Source: an uncultured Solibacteraceae bacterium (GTDB taxonomy: Bacteria; Acidobacteriota; Terriglobia; Bryobacterales; Bryobacteraceae). From it: a stretch of 64,000 nucleotides of DNA. The position numbers and the translations under genes were made by a program. The DNA lies in NCBI GenBank assembly GCA_964636715.1, contig CAZWTH010000231.1, forward strand, positions 70-64,069, written 5' to 3'. Below, piece by piece: positions 8,718 to 18,063 of the stretch (the first letter of the stretch is position 1; every line of letters starts with the position of its first letter). The notes under the pieces were generated by a model. It saw only the letters and a list, made by a program, of their open reading frames with translations. It did not search any database and was not told the origin of the DNA.

Positions 8718-10298
8718 ATGCTGAACCGCCGCCAATTCCTGGCACTGGGCGCGCCCGCTATTCTCTCGTCAACTGGCGGAGCGAAGCCGCTGCTCGATCC
8801 CGGGCAGTTCCGGTCTTACATCGAGTTTTTCAACTCAATGGTTCCGGAAGAGCCGGTCACCACCATTCCCAACTCGATGGCGTGGGAATGGATGCGCTAC
8901 AACATCCCGTTCTTCTCGTGTCCCGATGAGGCGACGGAGCAGATCTACTATTACCGCTGGTGGACTTACCGGAAGGCAATCGAATCGACCCCGGTGGGTT
9001 ACATCATCACAGAATTTCTGAAGCCAGTCAGCCACGCCGGAGAATACAACGCGCTGAGCTGCGCGCTCGGCCATCACATCGCGGAAGGCCGATGGCTGCG
9101 CGAGCCGAGCTATATCGATCAGGACATCCACTACTGGCTGCGCGGCGGCGCAGGCGGCGGACTTGCGAAGAACCTGCATCAGTTCACCGGCTGGATCGCG
9201 TCTGGCGTGACGGATCTGCTCGATGTTCGCGGCGACCGCGCAGCCGCAGCAGCTTATCTCGATGCCCTCGAAGTTGACTATGCGCGATGGGAACAGGAGC
9301 GGCTCACGCCCAGCGGACTGTTCTGGCAGCGCGATGTTTCCGATGGCATGGAAGAATCCGCAAGCGGCGGACGCAAGGTACGGAATATCCGCCCCAGCAT
9401 CAATTCCTGCATGTATGGGAACGCGGCGGCGATCGCGCGCATCGCGGGTCTGGCCGGCAAGGCCGATGTCGAAACCCGCTACCGTTCCAAAGCAGCGGCG
9501 CTGAAGGCGCGCGTGCAGCAGAAACTCTGGAATCCGGAAGCCCGCTTCTTCGAAACTCTGAATGAGCAGGGACAATTCGTCCCGGTGCGCGAGGCAATCG
9601 GCTTTACCCCGTGGTATTTCCAGTTGCCGGAAAAGGGAAAGGACTACGAAGAGGCATGGAAGCAGCTCATGGACCCGCAGGGCTTCTACGCACCCTGGGG
9701 ACCGACGACCACCGAGCGCCGCAGTCCTCTCTACAAGCTCGATTACGTTGGTGACGATTGCAAGTGGAATGGACCTTCCTGGCCGTTCGCCACGACGGTC
9801 ACGCTGCGCGGTCTGGCGAACGTACTCAATGAGTACTCCCAAATCGCTATCTCATCCGCCGACTACCGCAAAACGCTCGCGATCTACACCCACAACCATC
9901 GCCTGAAACTCGACGATGGCCGCGTGATTCCGTGGATCGATGAAAATCAGAATCCGGAAACCGGCGAGTGGATCGCGCGCACGATGAAAATCAACAAGGG
10001 TACATTCTACGGCCGCGGCGATCATTACAATCACTCCGCATACTGCGATCTCATCATCACCGGCCTCGCGGGATTGCGCCCATCGGCAGGCGACGCGTTC
10101 GAAGTCAATCCACTGGCGGATCCGGCCTGGGATTGGTTCTGTCTCGATAACGTCGCGTATCACGGCCGCTCAGTCTCGATCGTCTGGGATCGAGACGGCC
10201 ACAGGTTCGGCCGCGGCGCGGGTCTCGCCGTCTACGTTGATGGCCAGACAGTCGCACGACGCGCGACGCCCGGCCGCCTTGCCGTACGCCTTCCTTAG
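8718..10298 (+). CDS. (alpha/alpha)6 six-hairpin glycoside hydrolase, MGH1/GH63-like
   Basis: Tat-like N-terminus MLNRRQFLALGAP. Motifs FWQRDVSDGMEES, NSCMYGNAAAIARIA and KWNGPSWPFATTVTLRGLAN resemble trehalase/GH63-type six-hairpin enzymes. The exact family is not resolvable by eye. Confidence 0.5.
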   Translation: MLNRRQFLALGAPAILSSTGGAKPLLDPGQFRSYIEFFNSMVPEEPVTTIPNSMAWEWMRYNIPFFSCPDEATEQIYYYRWWTYRKAIESTPVGYIITEFLKPVSHAGEYNALSCALGHHIAEGRWLREPSYIDQDIHYWLRGGAGGGLAKNLHQFTGWIASGVTDLLDVRGDRAAAAAYLDALEVDYARWEQERLTPSGLFWQRDVSDGMEESASGGRKVRNIRPSINSCMYGNAAAIARIAGLAGKADVETRYRSKAAALKARVQQKLWNPEARFFETLNEQGQFVPVREAIGFTPWYFQLPEKGKDYEEAWKQLMDPQGFYAPWGPTTTERRSPLYKLDYVGDDCKWNGPSWPFATTVTLRGLANVLNEYSQIAISSADYRKTLAIYTHNHRLKLDDGRVIPWIDENQNPETGEWIARTMKINKGTFYGRGDHYNHSAYCDLIITGLAGLRPSAGDAFEVNPLADPAWDWFCLDNVAYHGRSVSIVWDRDGHRFGRGAGLAVYVDGQTVARRATPGRLAVRLP

Positions 10299-11458
10299 CG
10301 CGCCACCTCTTCAATCGCAGCGGCATGGATCAGCGCGGCGCGATCCAGGATCCGCCGCGCATACTCCGCAACCCGGCTTACCCCCATTTCATATGTTGAG
10401 TTCGGACTCCCCGGTCCGCCGTTATAGGCGCCGACGGCCAGACTGACATCGCCATGGAAATGGTCAAGCAGATAACGAAGCAACAGACCCGCGTAAGTCG
10501 TCAAAGTCTCCGGCGGAACGTGATCGATATCGAGCTCCCGCGGTGGCAGAAGACGCGCGGGAAGTTTGCTGTAATCGCGCGAGCGGTCCTGCAGATAGAG
10601 AGAATGCGCGAAGCGCAGCGTCTCGCGCGTGATCTGCCAGACCCCAAGCGCCGGATTTTCCACGAGCACGCCACGCTTGCCCCGCCGCACAACTATGTCT
10701 CCCGGATCGGCGCGGCGCTTCCATACCCTGTGCCGCAGATCGCCGTTGACATTCAGATAGTTGTTTTCCATCGCGCCGATTCCGAGAAAGTAAGAGAGCG
10801 GCAGATCGTAGAAATCCGCCACGGCGATGATGTCGCCCGCGAGTCCCGCCGCCTCTTCGTGACTCAGCGGCGAGAGCGCCGAATCGCCGAGCACGCGGCG
10901 ATCGGTGGCTGCTTTGAATCGCAGGAACCGGCTCACATAGGCAGCGCGTTGCGTTGGCGAAAGATCGCGGAAGACGTCGTGTACCGGCCCATTCCATGCC
11001 TGGATGAAAACCTGCGTTTCCTCCCGCAAATGAGCCACGGACGCGGGCGTGAGAAACGCCCAGTGCGAGGCGTTCCCGATTCCCCGCGAGCGTAGCCGCG
11101 CCATCTCATCCGCGCAGTCCACCAGATCGTCCGGGCATTGGACGGCGACGGCGTATGTAGGCCGATCGCCGGGATTCAGCATCAGCATCATCTCCCGGCT
11201 GTCAGCCGATACCCGAGACTGCGCCAGATCGAACATCAGGTAGGCGAAGAGCTCATTGTCGTAATGCCCCAGGAATCCGACGAGCTTGCGGCCTGGCATC
11301 GTGATCTGCTGATGGCCGCCGCCGTCAAGGCGCCAGAGCAGCGCTGGCTTCGGAATTTGGACGTCGATCGTGCGCGGCCAGAGCCGCCAGGCGGCGAAGG
11401 AGGTGAGCGCTGCCAGGGCGGCGCACCCGGCGTATACGGCTATTCGCTTGACGAACAC
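10295..11458 (-). CDS. Membrane-anchored protein with lytic-transglycosylase (SLT)-like C-terminal domain
   Basis: N-terminal TM helix. GIGAMENNY (candidate catalytic Glu), GVWQITRETL (cf. GLMQI) and AVGAYNGGPGSPN (cf. AYNAGPG) occur in SLT order. Confidence 0.5.
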   Translation of the reverse strand: MFVKRIAVYAGCAALAALTSFAAWRLWPRTIDVQIPKPALLWRLDGGGHQQITMPGRKLVGFLGHYDNELFAYLMFDLAQSRVSADSREMMLMLNPGDRPTYAVAVQCPDDLVDCADEMARLRSRGIGNASHWAFLTPASVAHLREETQVFIQAWNGPVHDVFRDLSPTQRAAYVSRFLRFKAATDRRVLGDSALSPLSHEEAAGLAGDIIAVADFYDLPLSYFLGIGAMENNYLNVNGDLRHRVWKRRADPGDIVVRRGKRGVLVENPALGVWQITRETLRFAHSLYLQDRSRDYSKLPARLLPPRELDIDHVPPETLTTYAGLLLRYLLDHFHGDVSLAVGAYNGGPGSPNSTYEMGVSRVAEYARRILDRAALIHAAAIEEVAR

Positions 11459-11502
11459 TCCATCTATATAGACGCGCTCCGCGGCGATTCGGATTTCGTG
11501 AT

Positions 11503-12105
11503 ATGTTCGGGGAAATGTTTTCGAAGGTTGTTCGCCAGACGCACATGTATCTGGCGCTGCTCCTGACGCCCTGGGTGCTGCTCTATGCCCTCAGCACTCT
11601 GGCGATGACCCATCGCGACTCGTTTCACCCGGATTTCTATTCCACCCCCTGGGAAAAGGTCGGCGAGCAGATCTTCCCCGCGCAGTTCAGCGCGGATGCC
11701 ACACCGGATTTCATGGGTCAGGAGATCCTCGAAACGCTCCATCTCGATGGAAACTTCCGCGCCACGCTCAGTAAGGACAAAAAGACGCTGACGGTGGTCC
11801 GGAATGATCCAATGGCGCCGCGGCGAATCACCTACACGCCGGCGGATGGGCATCTTCTCATCGAGAAGCAGAATTTCGCCGTCCAGCCATTTCTCGAACG
11901 GATGCATCGCCGCCGCGGCTTTGGCGGTTCATTCGTGGCCGATAACGCCTGGGCCGTTTCTGTCGACATGGTCGTAGTCGCGATGATTTTCTGGATACTC
12001 TCCGGGCTCTGGATGTGGTGGGAGCTGAAGATCACGCGCGCTACGGGACTGGCCGTCGCCCTGAGCGGCATGGCGTTGTTTGTTGTCTTGATCCTGACGA
12101 GTTAG
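11503..12105 (+). CDS. PepSY-associated TM-helix protein
   Basis: N-terminal RQTHMYLALLLTPWVLLYALS and C-terminal WILSGLWMWWELK are hallmarks of the PepSY_TM family. Confidence 0.6.
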   Translation: MFGEMFSKVVRQTHMYLALLLTPWVLLYALSTLAMTHRDSFHPDFYSTPWEKVGEQIFPAQFSADATPDFMGQEILETLHLDGNFRATLSKDKKTLTVVRNDPMAPRRITYTPADGHLLIEKQNFAVQPFLERMHRRRGFGGSFVADNAWAVSVDMVVVAMIFWILSGLWMWWELKITRATGLAVALSGMALFVVLILTS

Positions 12106-12110
12106 CAGAC

Positions 12111-12740
12111 ATGACCGGTACTGTACCAATCACGAAACGCAAACGCCGCATCGGTTTCGACAAGATCAACCGGCGGACACACCTCTACTCCGGCCTGTTC
12201 TTCATCCCGTGGTTCCTCTTCTATGCGCTGAGCTCAGCCGTTTTCAATCATCCAGCGTGGTTTGGCGGTGGCCCCGTGAAGATGATCCCGATGTTCGAGC
12301 GTACTTACGCGGCAGAGCCCGCAATCACGCAGGGCGACCCGCGCGCATTCGCCGGGCGGTTGCTGAAAGCCAATGGTCTCGACGGACAGTTCAGTGTCCG
12401 TTGGGACGACCACGACCGGAGACTCGTCATCAATCAGGTCCGCTTCCTCTACAACACCGAGATCGATTTCGATCCGTCAACGCAGCGGGTGAGCGTCTCG
12501 CGTAGTTGGGCGAACCCGCGGATTCTGCTCGGGCGAGTTCACACGCGAGGCGGCTACGATACCAACGGACCTCTGCAGATTTTCTGGGCAGTAATCGTGG
12601 ACATCATCCAGGTGACGATGATGATCTGGATCGCGTCCGGTCTCTATATGTGGTGGAACCTGAAACGATTCCGAGGCTGGGGGATGTTGGCGCTGGCCTC
12701 CGGATTCGCGCTGTTCATCGCGTTCCTGTTCGGACTGTAG
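12111..12740 (+). CDS. PepSY-associated TM-helix protein (paralog)
   Basis: In-frame ATG at 12111, just after the previous stop. INRRTHLYSGLFFIPWFLFYALS and WIASGLYMWWNLK. The ORF-track start at 12015 would overlap the upstream gene. Confidence 0.6.
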   Translation: MTGTVPITKRKRRIGFDKINRRTHLYSGLFFIPWFLFYALSSAVFNHPAWFGGGPVKMIPMFERTYAAEPAITQGDPRAFAGRLLKANGLDGQFSVRWDDHDRRLVINQVRFLYNTEIDFDPSTQRVSVSRSWANPRILLGRVHTRGGYDTNGPLQIFWAVIVDIIQVTMMIWIASGLYMWWNLKRFRGWGMLALASGFALFIAFLFGL

Positions 12741-12796
12741 CGGCGCATGCCTCTTCCCAATTACAGGATAGCAATCTAAATCATTGAAAACAAGAC

Positions 12797-13855
12797 TTGA
12801 TTTCCTTTGGAATCCGCTCTACCATCAACCCTCAGATGATTCCCCAGGAAAAAATCGAGGCAGTGACAAAAGCGCTGCGCGAAGCATTCAACGTAACAGC
12901 GCCCGACGAAATTCGCCAGATCCCGAACGGCACATTCAACAAAGTCCAGGTGTTCCGGATTGTGGTCCGCGAGAAGCCTTATCTGCTGCGGGTGATTCTG
13001 CGAACCGAAGATCCCACCTGCCATTTCACCTGCATGAGCGCCGCGGCGGAGGCCGGTCTTGCGCCGCGCGTCCGCTACACGAACGTGGAAGATCGCGTTT
13101 CGATCACGGACTTCGTGGAGGGCGTAATTCCTTTCCCGCGTACAGAAGCACTGATCCGCGTGCCGCGTCTGCTGCGCACCCTGCAGGCGCTCCCGTCATT
13201 CCCCGGCAGAGCGGGCCACCTCAACACCTCCTGCACGTTTCTTCTACAGAAAGGCCCGGTGATCGACGGCCTCCTGCAACGATGCAAAACGATGGGCGTT
13301 CTTCCGGAGGATCAGATGGAGGAACTCCTCGCCCGGCACGCGCAATTGGCCTCGGCGTATACGCCGCAGGACGCAGACATGGCGCCGAGCCACAACGATC
13401 TCTTCAAGCCGGATAACATGCTGTTCGATGGTGAGCGTACATGGCTTGTCGATTGGGAGGCGGCATTCCAGAACGATCGCTACGCCGATCTCGCCGCAGC
13501 TGCGAACATGCTTCTGACGAACGACGCGGAAGAGGACCTGTATCTAACCGAATTCTTCGGCCACCCGCCCAATCCCTGGCAGCGCGCGCGATTCTTCCTC
13601 ATGCAGCAGTTGGCGCACATCTTCTACACGATGGCCTTCCTGATTCTGCAATCCGGCGGTCAGCCGATTAACTGGTCCGAGCCGGCTCCCGGCTACAACG
13701 AATTCCAGCAGCGCTTCTGGAGCGGAGAAATCAAGCTGGATGAAACTCCGGCAAAGATCGCATACGGCCGCGTCCACTGGGAGCGGCTTCTGCGGAATGT
13801 GCAGTCGCCTCGATACGAGGAATCGCTGCGAATCGTTTCCGCCCGGAATGCCTGA
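12797..13855 (+). CDS. Aminoglycoside/choline-kinase-type phosphotransferase (APH family)
   Basis: Catalytic loop SHNDLFKPDNMLFDG followed by WLVDWEAAFQNDRYADLA (HxDxxxxN ... DxE/D pattern of the APH fold). An alternative start lies at 12836. Confidence 0.65.
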   Translation: MISFGIRSTINPQMIPQEKIEAVTKALREAFNVTAPDEIRQIPNGTFNKVQVFRIVVREKPYLLRVILRTEDPTCHFTCMSAAAEAGLAPRVRYTNVEDRVSITDFVEGVIPFPRTEALIRVPRLLRTLQALPSFPGRAGHLNTSCTFLLQKGPVIDGLLQRCKTMGVLPEDQMEELLARHAQLASAYTPQDADMAPSHNDLFKPDNMLFDGERTWLVDWEAAFQNDRYADLAAAANMLLTNDAEEDLYLTEFFGHPPNPWQRARFFLMQQLAHIFYTMAFLILQSGGQPINWSEPAPGYNEFQQRFWSGEIKLDETPAKIAYGRVHWERLLRNVQSPRYEESLRIVSARNA

Positions 13856-13858
13856 GGC

Positions 13859-14476
13859 TCAGCGGCCCGATTTCCGCGCCGCTTTTGATTCGCGCAGCGC
13901 TGCTTCCACAAGAGCGTGAATCGCCCAGCTCTTCACTTTGCGGGCTTCTGCTGGTTCGATATCGAGAACATCGCGGCAAACGATCATGCTTTCCGTGCCA
14001 AAGAGAATCGCAAGCGCCGCGCAGAGTCGTTTGTAGGTAGTGCGGTCGAACGCTTCGCGCGATGGCGCGAGCGCCGCGGCAATCAGCTCCGTGCGCCGGT
14101 TCTGCCGCCGCGGTTCATCGGCGTCCTCCTGGTTTCGTAACAGCAGATTACCGAGCCAGACGCGAAGCTGCCGCTCGTTGCGATAACTCATTTCATGCAG
14201 CGCCGCCTCCGCGCGATCCACGCGCTCCGCCGGATCGGCGGACCGGTCGCCGGCGAAAATCTCCGCGGCGCCGGGCAGGTCCGCGTCGAGGGGCGCTTCG
14301 GCGAGCAGACTCTCCACGCTGGAGAAGTAGCGGTAGGCGGTGGGCCGCGAGACCAGCGCCGCCTCCGCCACTTCCGCAAGAGTCGGCGTGCGCCCCTCCT
14401 TCAGCAACCGCTGCGCGGCCTGAAGGAGTTCTTTGCGGGTGCGCAGCCGCTGATTTGAACGATCGCGCGTAGCCAT
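13859..14476 (-). CDS. TetR-family transcriptional regulator
   Basis: ATG at 14476. N-terminal HTH RKELLQAAQRLLKEGRTPTLAEVAEAALVSRPTAYRYFSS. Confidence 0.8.
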   Translation of the reverse strand: MATRDRSNQRLRTRKELLQAAQRLLKEGRTPTLAEVAEAALVSRPTAYRYFSSVESLLAEAPLDADLPGAAEIFAGDRSADPAERVDRAEAALHEMSYRNERQLRVWLGNLLLRNQEDADEPRRQNRRTELIAAALAPSREAFDRTTYKRLCAALAILFGTESMIVCRDVLDIEPAEARKVKSWAIHALVEAALRESKAARKSGR

Positions 14477-14483
14477 GTGCGAT

Positions 14484-14906
14484 TCACGCTTGCGGCAACT
14501 GCTGCGCCACCGCCGCCATATCCACCCAAACGTTTTCTCGCTGGATGAGGCCGTCATCGGCGAATTCGACCACATGCAGCACGCGAAACTTCAGCGGACG
14601 GTTGCGCCCTTCAAGTCCGAATGGACGGCCTGTCGCCTTGCCTTCCCACAGGGATTCATCGACGAGAAAGCGCTCGCCATACAGCCGCTTGACGGGCGTC
14701 GCGGCCCCGTCGGAGAGGTCGCCGAATAATGCTTCATAGAACGGCCTGACGTTTTCCCTTCCGTGCAGGGGGCCCGCGGGCCAGCCCACCACATCGTGGG
14801 TCACGTCCGGGCGCAGCGTGGAAAGCACGCCCTGCACGTCGTCGCGCGATTCGAATTCAAAATGTTCGTTGAGTTTGCGGTCCATAGCCGCGATGGTCAG
14901 CGTCAT
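14484..14906 (-). CDS. SnoaL-like / NTF2-fold protein
   Basis: ATG at 14906 preceded by AAGGAGGAG. About 140 aa with the pattern typical of SnoaL-like polyketide cyclase / ketosteroid-isomerase-fold proteins. Lies 7 nt upstream of the TetR gene (likely an operon). Confidence 0.55.
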   Translation of the reverse strand: MTLTIAAMDRKLNEHFEFESRDDVQGVLSTLRPDVTHDVVGWPAGPLHGRENVRPFYEALFGDLSDGAATPVKRLYGERFLVDESLWEGKATGRPFGLEGRNRPLKFRVLHVVEFADDGLIQRENVWVDMAAVAQQLPQA

Positions 14907-14925
14907 CGGTGTCTCCTCCTTAAAT

Positions 14926-14958
14926 GAGACACTTGTATCATAAATACAATTCTGTCTC
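14926..14958. promoter_or_regulatory. Nested palindrome, candidate TetR operator in divergent promoter region
   Basis: GAGACA c TTGTAT cataa ATACAA ttc TGTCTC: two nested perfect 6-bp inverted repeats between the SnoaL/TetR operon start (14906) and the esterase start (15044). Confidence 0.35.
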
Positions 14959-15043
14959 GTGTCAACGGATTTGCGCGAATACCGCCCGCTGTACACGGTT
15001 TCAGTCGCATCGTGATAGCATCGGGGGCTGGAAAGGTCATCTC

Positions 15044-16678
15044 ATGAAGCGATTCCCTCAGACAGTTTTGCTGTGTTTCCTTGCGGCGGTAACGGCTTTC
15101 GGAGCCGACCGGGTGAAGACCGCGAATGGCGTTCTGGAATCCACCATCGCGCCGAAGGACGGCGTCCGGTTTTTCCGCGGCGTGCCCTTTGCCGCCCCGC
15201 CGGTCGGCGATCTGCGCTGGAAAGCGCCGCAGCCGGTGAAGAACTGGTCCGGTGTGCGAAACGCCAATGAATTTGGCGCGCGCTGTATGCAGCGCGCCGG
15301 CGGCGATTACTGGTCTCGCAGCAGCGGGACCAGCGAAGACTGTTTGTATCTGAACGTCTGGACGCCCGCGAAATCCGCCAAAGAGAAGCTCCCCGTGCTG
15401 GTCTATATTTTCGGCGGCGGCTTCCAGAATGGCGACGGCTCGGAATATCGCTATGACGGCGAGAGCATGGCGCACAAGGGAATCGTCGCGGTCGCGATCA
15501 ACTACCGCTTGGGAATCTTCGGCTTCTTCTCGCATCCCGAACTCACGAAGGAATCACCGCATCACGCGTCCGGTAATTACGGATTGCTGGATCAGGTGGC
15601 GGCGCTCGAATGGGTGCAGAAGAATATTGCCGCATTCGGTGGCGATCCCAAGCATGTGACCGTTGCCGGCGAGTCCGCCGGATCGATTTCTGTCAGCGCC
15701 CTCATGGCGTCTCCCCTTTCGAAGAACCTGATGGCCGGAGCCATTGGTGAGAGCGGCGCGCTCATCGCGACTCTGCCGCCCAAGCCGCTGGCCGAAACGG
15801 AAAAGACCGGCGTTGAATTTGCAGAAAAGGCGGGAGCCACCTCGCTCGAAGCGCTGCGCGCTCTGAGCGCGGAAAAAATTATGGAACTGACTGCTCCAGC
15901 CGGCCGCGGCGGCGGTGGTGGACGCGCCGCGGGCCCTACCCTTTCATTCGGCGTCAATCTCGATGGCTACTTCCTGCCGAAGACGCTTCCGGAGATTTTC
16001 GAAGCTGGCCAGCAGGCGAAGATTCCGGTGCTCGCCGGAAGCAATTCGGCCGAACAGGGTCCGAACAGCGTTCTGGGGCAGGCTGAGCCAACGGTGGAGA
16101 ATTTCAAAGCTGCGATCGAACGGCTCTATCCCGGTCATGCGGATGAAGTCCTCAAGGTCTACGCGCCCACCACGACCGAGGAAGTGCGCCAGGCGGCAAC
16201 CGATCTGGCCAGCGCGCGCTTCATCGCATTCGGTACCTGGAAGTGGACCGAGTTGCAGGCGGAGAATGGCGGCAAGCCGGTCTATCGCTACTACTATGCG
16301 CGCGTGCGGCCGCGCTATACCGGCATGCCCGGCGAGGCTCCCGCGGCGAACGCCGGTCGTGGCGGTGGACGCGGCCCTGCCGGTCCGCCCGCCGGCGCAG
16401 CGCACTCGTCCGAAATTCAGTACGCCATGGGCAACCTCAATCTCGACACCCGCTACGAGTGGACCGCTGACGATCACAAGGTTTCCGAAACCATGCAGGA
16501 CTACTTCGCCAATTTCATCAAGACGTTCAATCCGAACGCCGCGGGATTGCCGGAATGGCCCGCCTACAATGCGAAGACCGGCTATGAGCGGATGCGCATC
16601 GACGTGACTTCGAAAGCCGAACCGGAGCCGGATCGCGCGCGCTATCAGACGCTTGAAAAAGTGATGGCGGAGAAGTAG
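15044..16678 (+). CDS. Carboxylesterase type B (para-nitrobenzyl-esterase-like), secreted
   Basis: ATG at 15044 gives the signal peptide MKRFPQTVLLCFLAAVTAFG. EDCLYLNVWTP, FGGGFQNGDGS and nucleophile elbow GESAGS. Confidence 0.85.
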   Translation: MKRFPQTVLLCFLAAVTAFGADRVKTANGVLESTIAPKDGVRFFRGVPFAAPPVGDLRWKAPQPVKNWSGVRNANEFGARCMQRAGGDYWSRSSGTSEDCLYLNVWTPAKSAKEKLPVLVYIFGGGFQNGDGSEYRYDGESMAHKGIVAVAINYRLGIFGFFSHPELTKESPHHASGNYGLLDQVAALEWVQKNIAAFGGDPKHVTVAGESAGSISVSALMASPLSKNLMAGAIGESGALIATLPPKPLAETEKTGVEFAEKAGATSLEALRALSAEKIMELTAPAGRGGGGGRAAGPTLSFGVNLDGYFLPKTLPEIFEAGQQAKIPVLAGSNSAEQGPNSVLGQAEPTVENFKAAIERLYPGHADEVLKVYAPTTTEEVRQAATDLASARFIAFGTWKWTELQAENGGKPVYRYYYARVRPRYTGMPGEAPAANAGRGGGRGPAGPPAGAAHSSEIQYAMGNLNLDTRYEWTADDHKVSETMQDYFANFIKTFNPNAAGLPEWPAYNAKTGYERMRIDVTSKAEPEPDRARYQTLEKVMAEK

Positions 16679-16684
16679 CCGCCG

Positions 16685-17509
16685 TCAGATCCCCATCAGC
16701 TCGTTGAGCTGCGCGGTTGTTTTGCCGCGGTCGACAAAACCGAACGCGCCGGCGTCTCTCGCTTCGAGCGCCGCATCGATCAGGCCTGTCATCGCGGCCC
16801 GATAGAGCGATGTCGCGAAGCTGATCCGCTTAACGCCGGCCGCGGCGAGTTCGGTAACCGGAAATGATTTTCCCGGAAGGCCCGCCATGAAGTTGAACGG
16901 CCGCGAAGTGGTGGAGCACACGGTTCGGACGGCTGCGACATCCGGCAGACCAGGCGCGAACAGAACTTGCGCCCCTGCTTTTTCGAATGCCTGCAGGCGG
17001 CGAATGGTGTCCTCCAGTTTCGGCGACGCGTAGAGAAAGTTGTGCGCCCGCGCCGTGAGAAGAAACGGGAATGGAAGAGTACGCGCCGCCTCCGCACCTG
17101 CGGCGATTCGCTCAACAGCGAGTTGCTCGTCGTAAAGCGGATGCGCCGGATCGCCAGTCGAGTCTTCGATCGTGCAGCCAACCAGTCCGGCCACGGCCGC
17201 CTGCCGCACCGTCTCGGCGACGGCTTCCGGTCGATCGCCAAAACCAATTCCCAGATCGGCGGAGACCGGGAGGGTGGTTGCGTTTACGATGGCGCGGGCA
17301 TGCGACAGCGATTCCTCGCGGCTGAGGCCATGATCTCTTCGTCCTTCGACGGCCGCCGCGGCGGCGCTCGAAGTCGCGAGTGCGGAAAAACCAAGGCCTG
17401 TGAGAATGCGCGCGGAAAGCGTGTCCCAGGGATTCGGGATCAGGAAAACGCCTGGCGCTGCGTGGAGCGCCTGAAACCGGATTGCCTTTTCGTGCTGAGT
17501 GCTATCCAT
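16685..17509 (-). CDS. Isocitrate lyase / PEP mutase family enzyme (2-methylisocitrate-lyase-like)
   Basis: FLIPNPWDTLSARILTGLGFSALATSS, PVSADLGIGFGD and GCTIEDS match the ICL/PEPM superfamily pattern. Confidence 0.7.
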   Translation of the reverse strand: MDSTQHEKAIRFQALHAAPGVFLIPNPWDTLSARILTGLGFSALATSSAAAAAVEGRRDHGLSREESLSHARAIVNATTLPVSADLGIGFGDRPEAVAETVRQAAVAGLVGCTIEDSTGDPAHPLYDEQLAVERIAAGAEAARTLPFPFLLTARAHNFLYASPKLEDTIRRLQAFEKAGAQVLFAPGLPDVAAVRTVCSTTSRPFNFMAGLPGKSFPVTELAAAGVKRISFATSLYRAAMTGLIDAALEARDAGAFGFVDRGKTTAQLNELMGI

Positions 17510-17526
17510 GCCTGATTCTAAACTCG

Positions 17527-18063
17527 ATGAAGGAGATGACGCGGCTCTATCAGATTCAGGAGCAGGTACGGACGCGCACGCAGGAGATCGCCGCGGCCCA
17601 TGGCAACTGGCCTTGCCATAAAGGCTGTGACGATTGCTGCCGGCATTTGGCTTCCGTACCGCGCGTGACGCACGACGAGTGGCTGCTGATCGAAAGCGCG
17701 CTTAACCGGGAGCTTCGAGCGCGCATCCGCGATTCCGCTCAGCAGGTGCGGCCGGTCGTCTGCCCGCTCCTCGATGAGGATTCCGGCGCGTGCCTCATTT
17801 ATAAAGTGCGGCCCGTCGCCTGCCGGTCATACGGATTTTACGCCGAACGCGACAAAGTTCTGGGCTGCCACCGAATCGAGACGCTCGCGCAGGAAGCGAG
17901 CGATGTGATTTGGGGTAATCACGAACCGCTCGAAGATCGCCTGGATCGGCTCGGGCCAGCGCTCGAACTATTCGAATGGCTGGCTACAGCGTCCGAAGGA
18001 ACGCAATCAGATCCTTCTTCTCCGTCGCCGTCAGCTTCAGGCCAAATGGATGGCCCGGTATAG
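17527..18063 (+). CDS. YkgJ-family (UPF0153) cysteine-cluster protein
   Basis: CHKGCDDCCRHL and CPLLDEDSGACLIYKVRPVACRSYG motifs. The 3' 80 nt overlap the convergent cytochrome gene. Confidence 0.55.
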   Translation: MKEMTRLYQIQEQVRTRTQEIAAAHGNWPCHKGCDDCCRHLASVPRVTHDEWLLIESALNRELRARIRDSAQQVRPVVCPLLDEDSGACLIYKVRPVACRSYGFYAERDKVLGCHRIETLAQEASDVIWGNHEPLEDRLDRLGPALELFEWLATASEGTQSDPSSPSPSASGQMDGPV

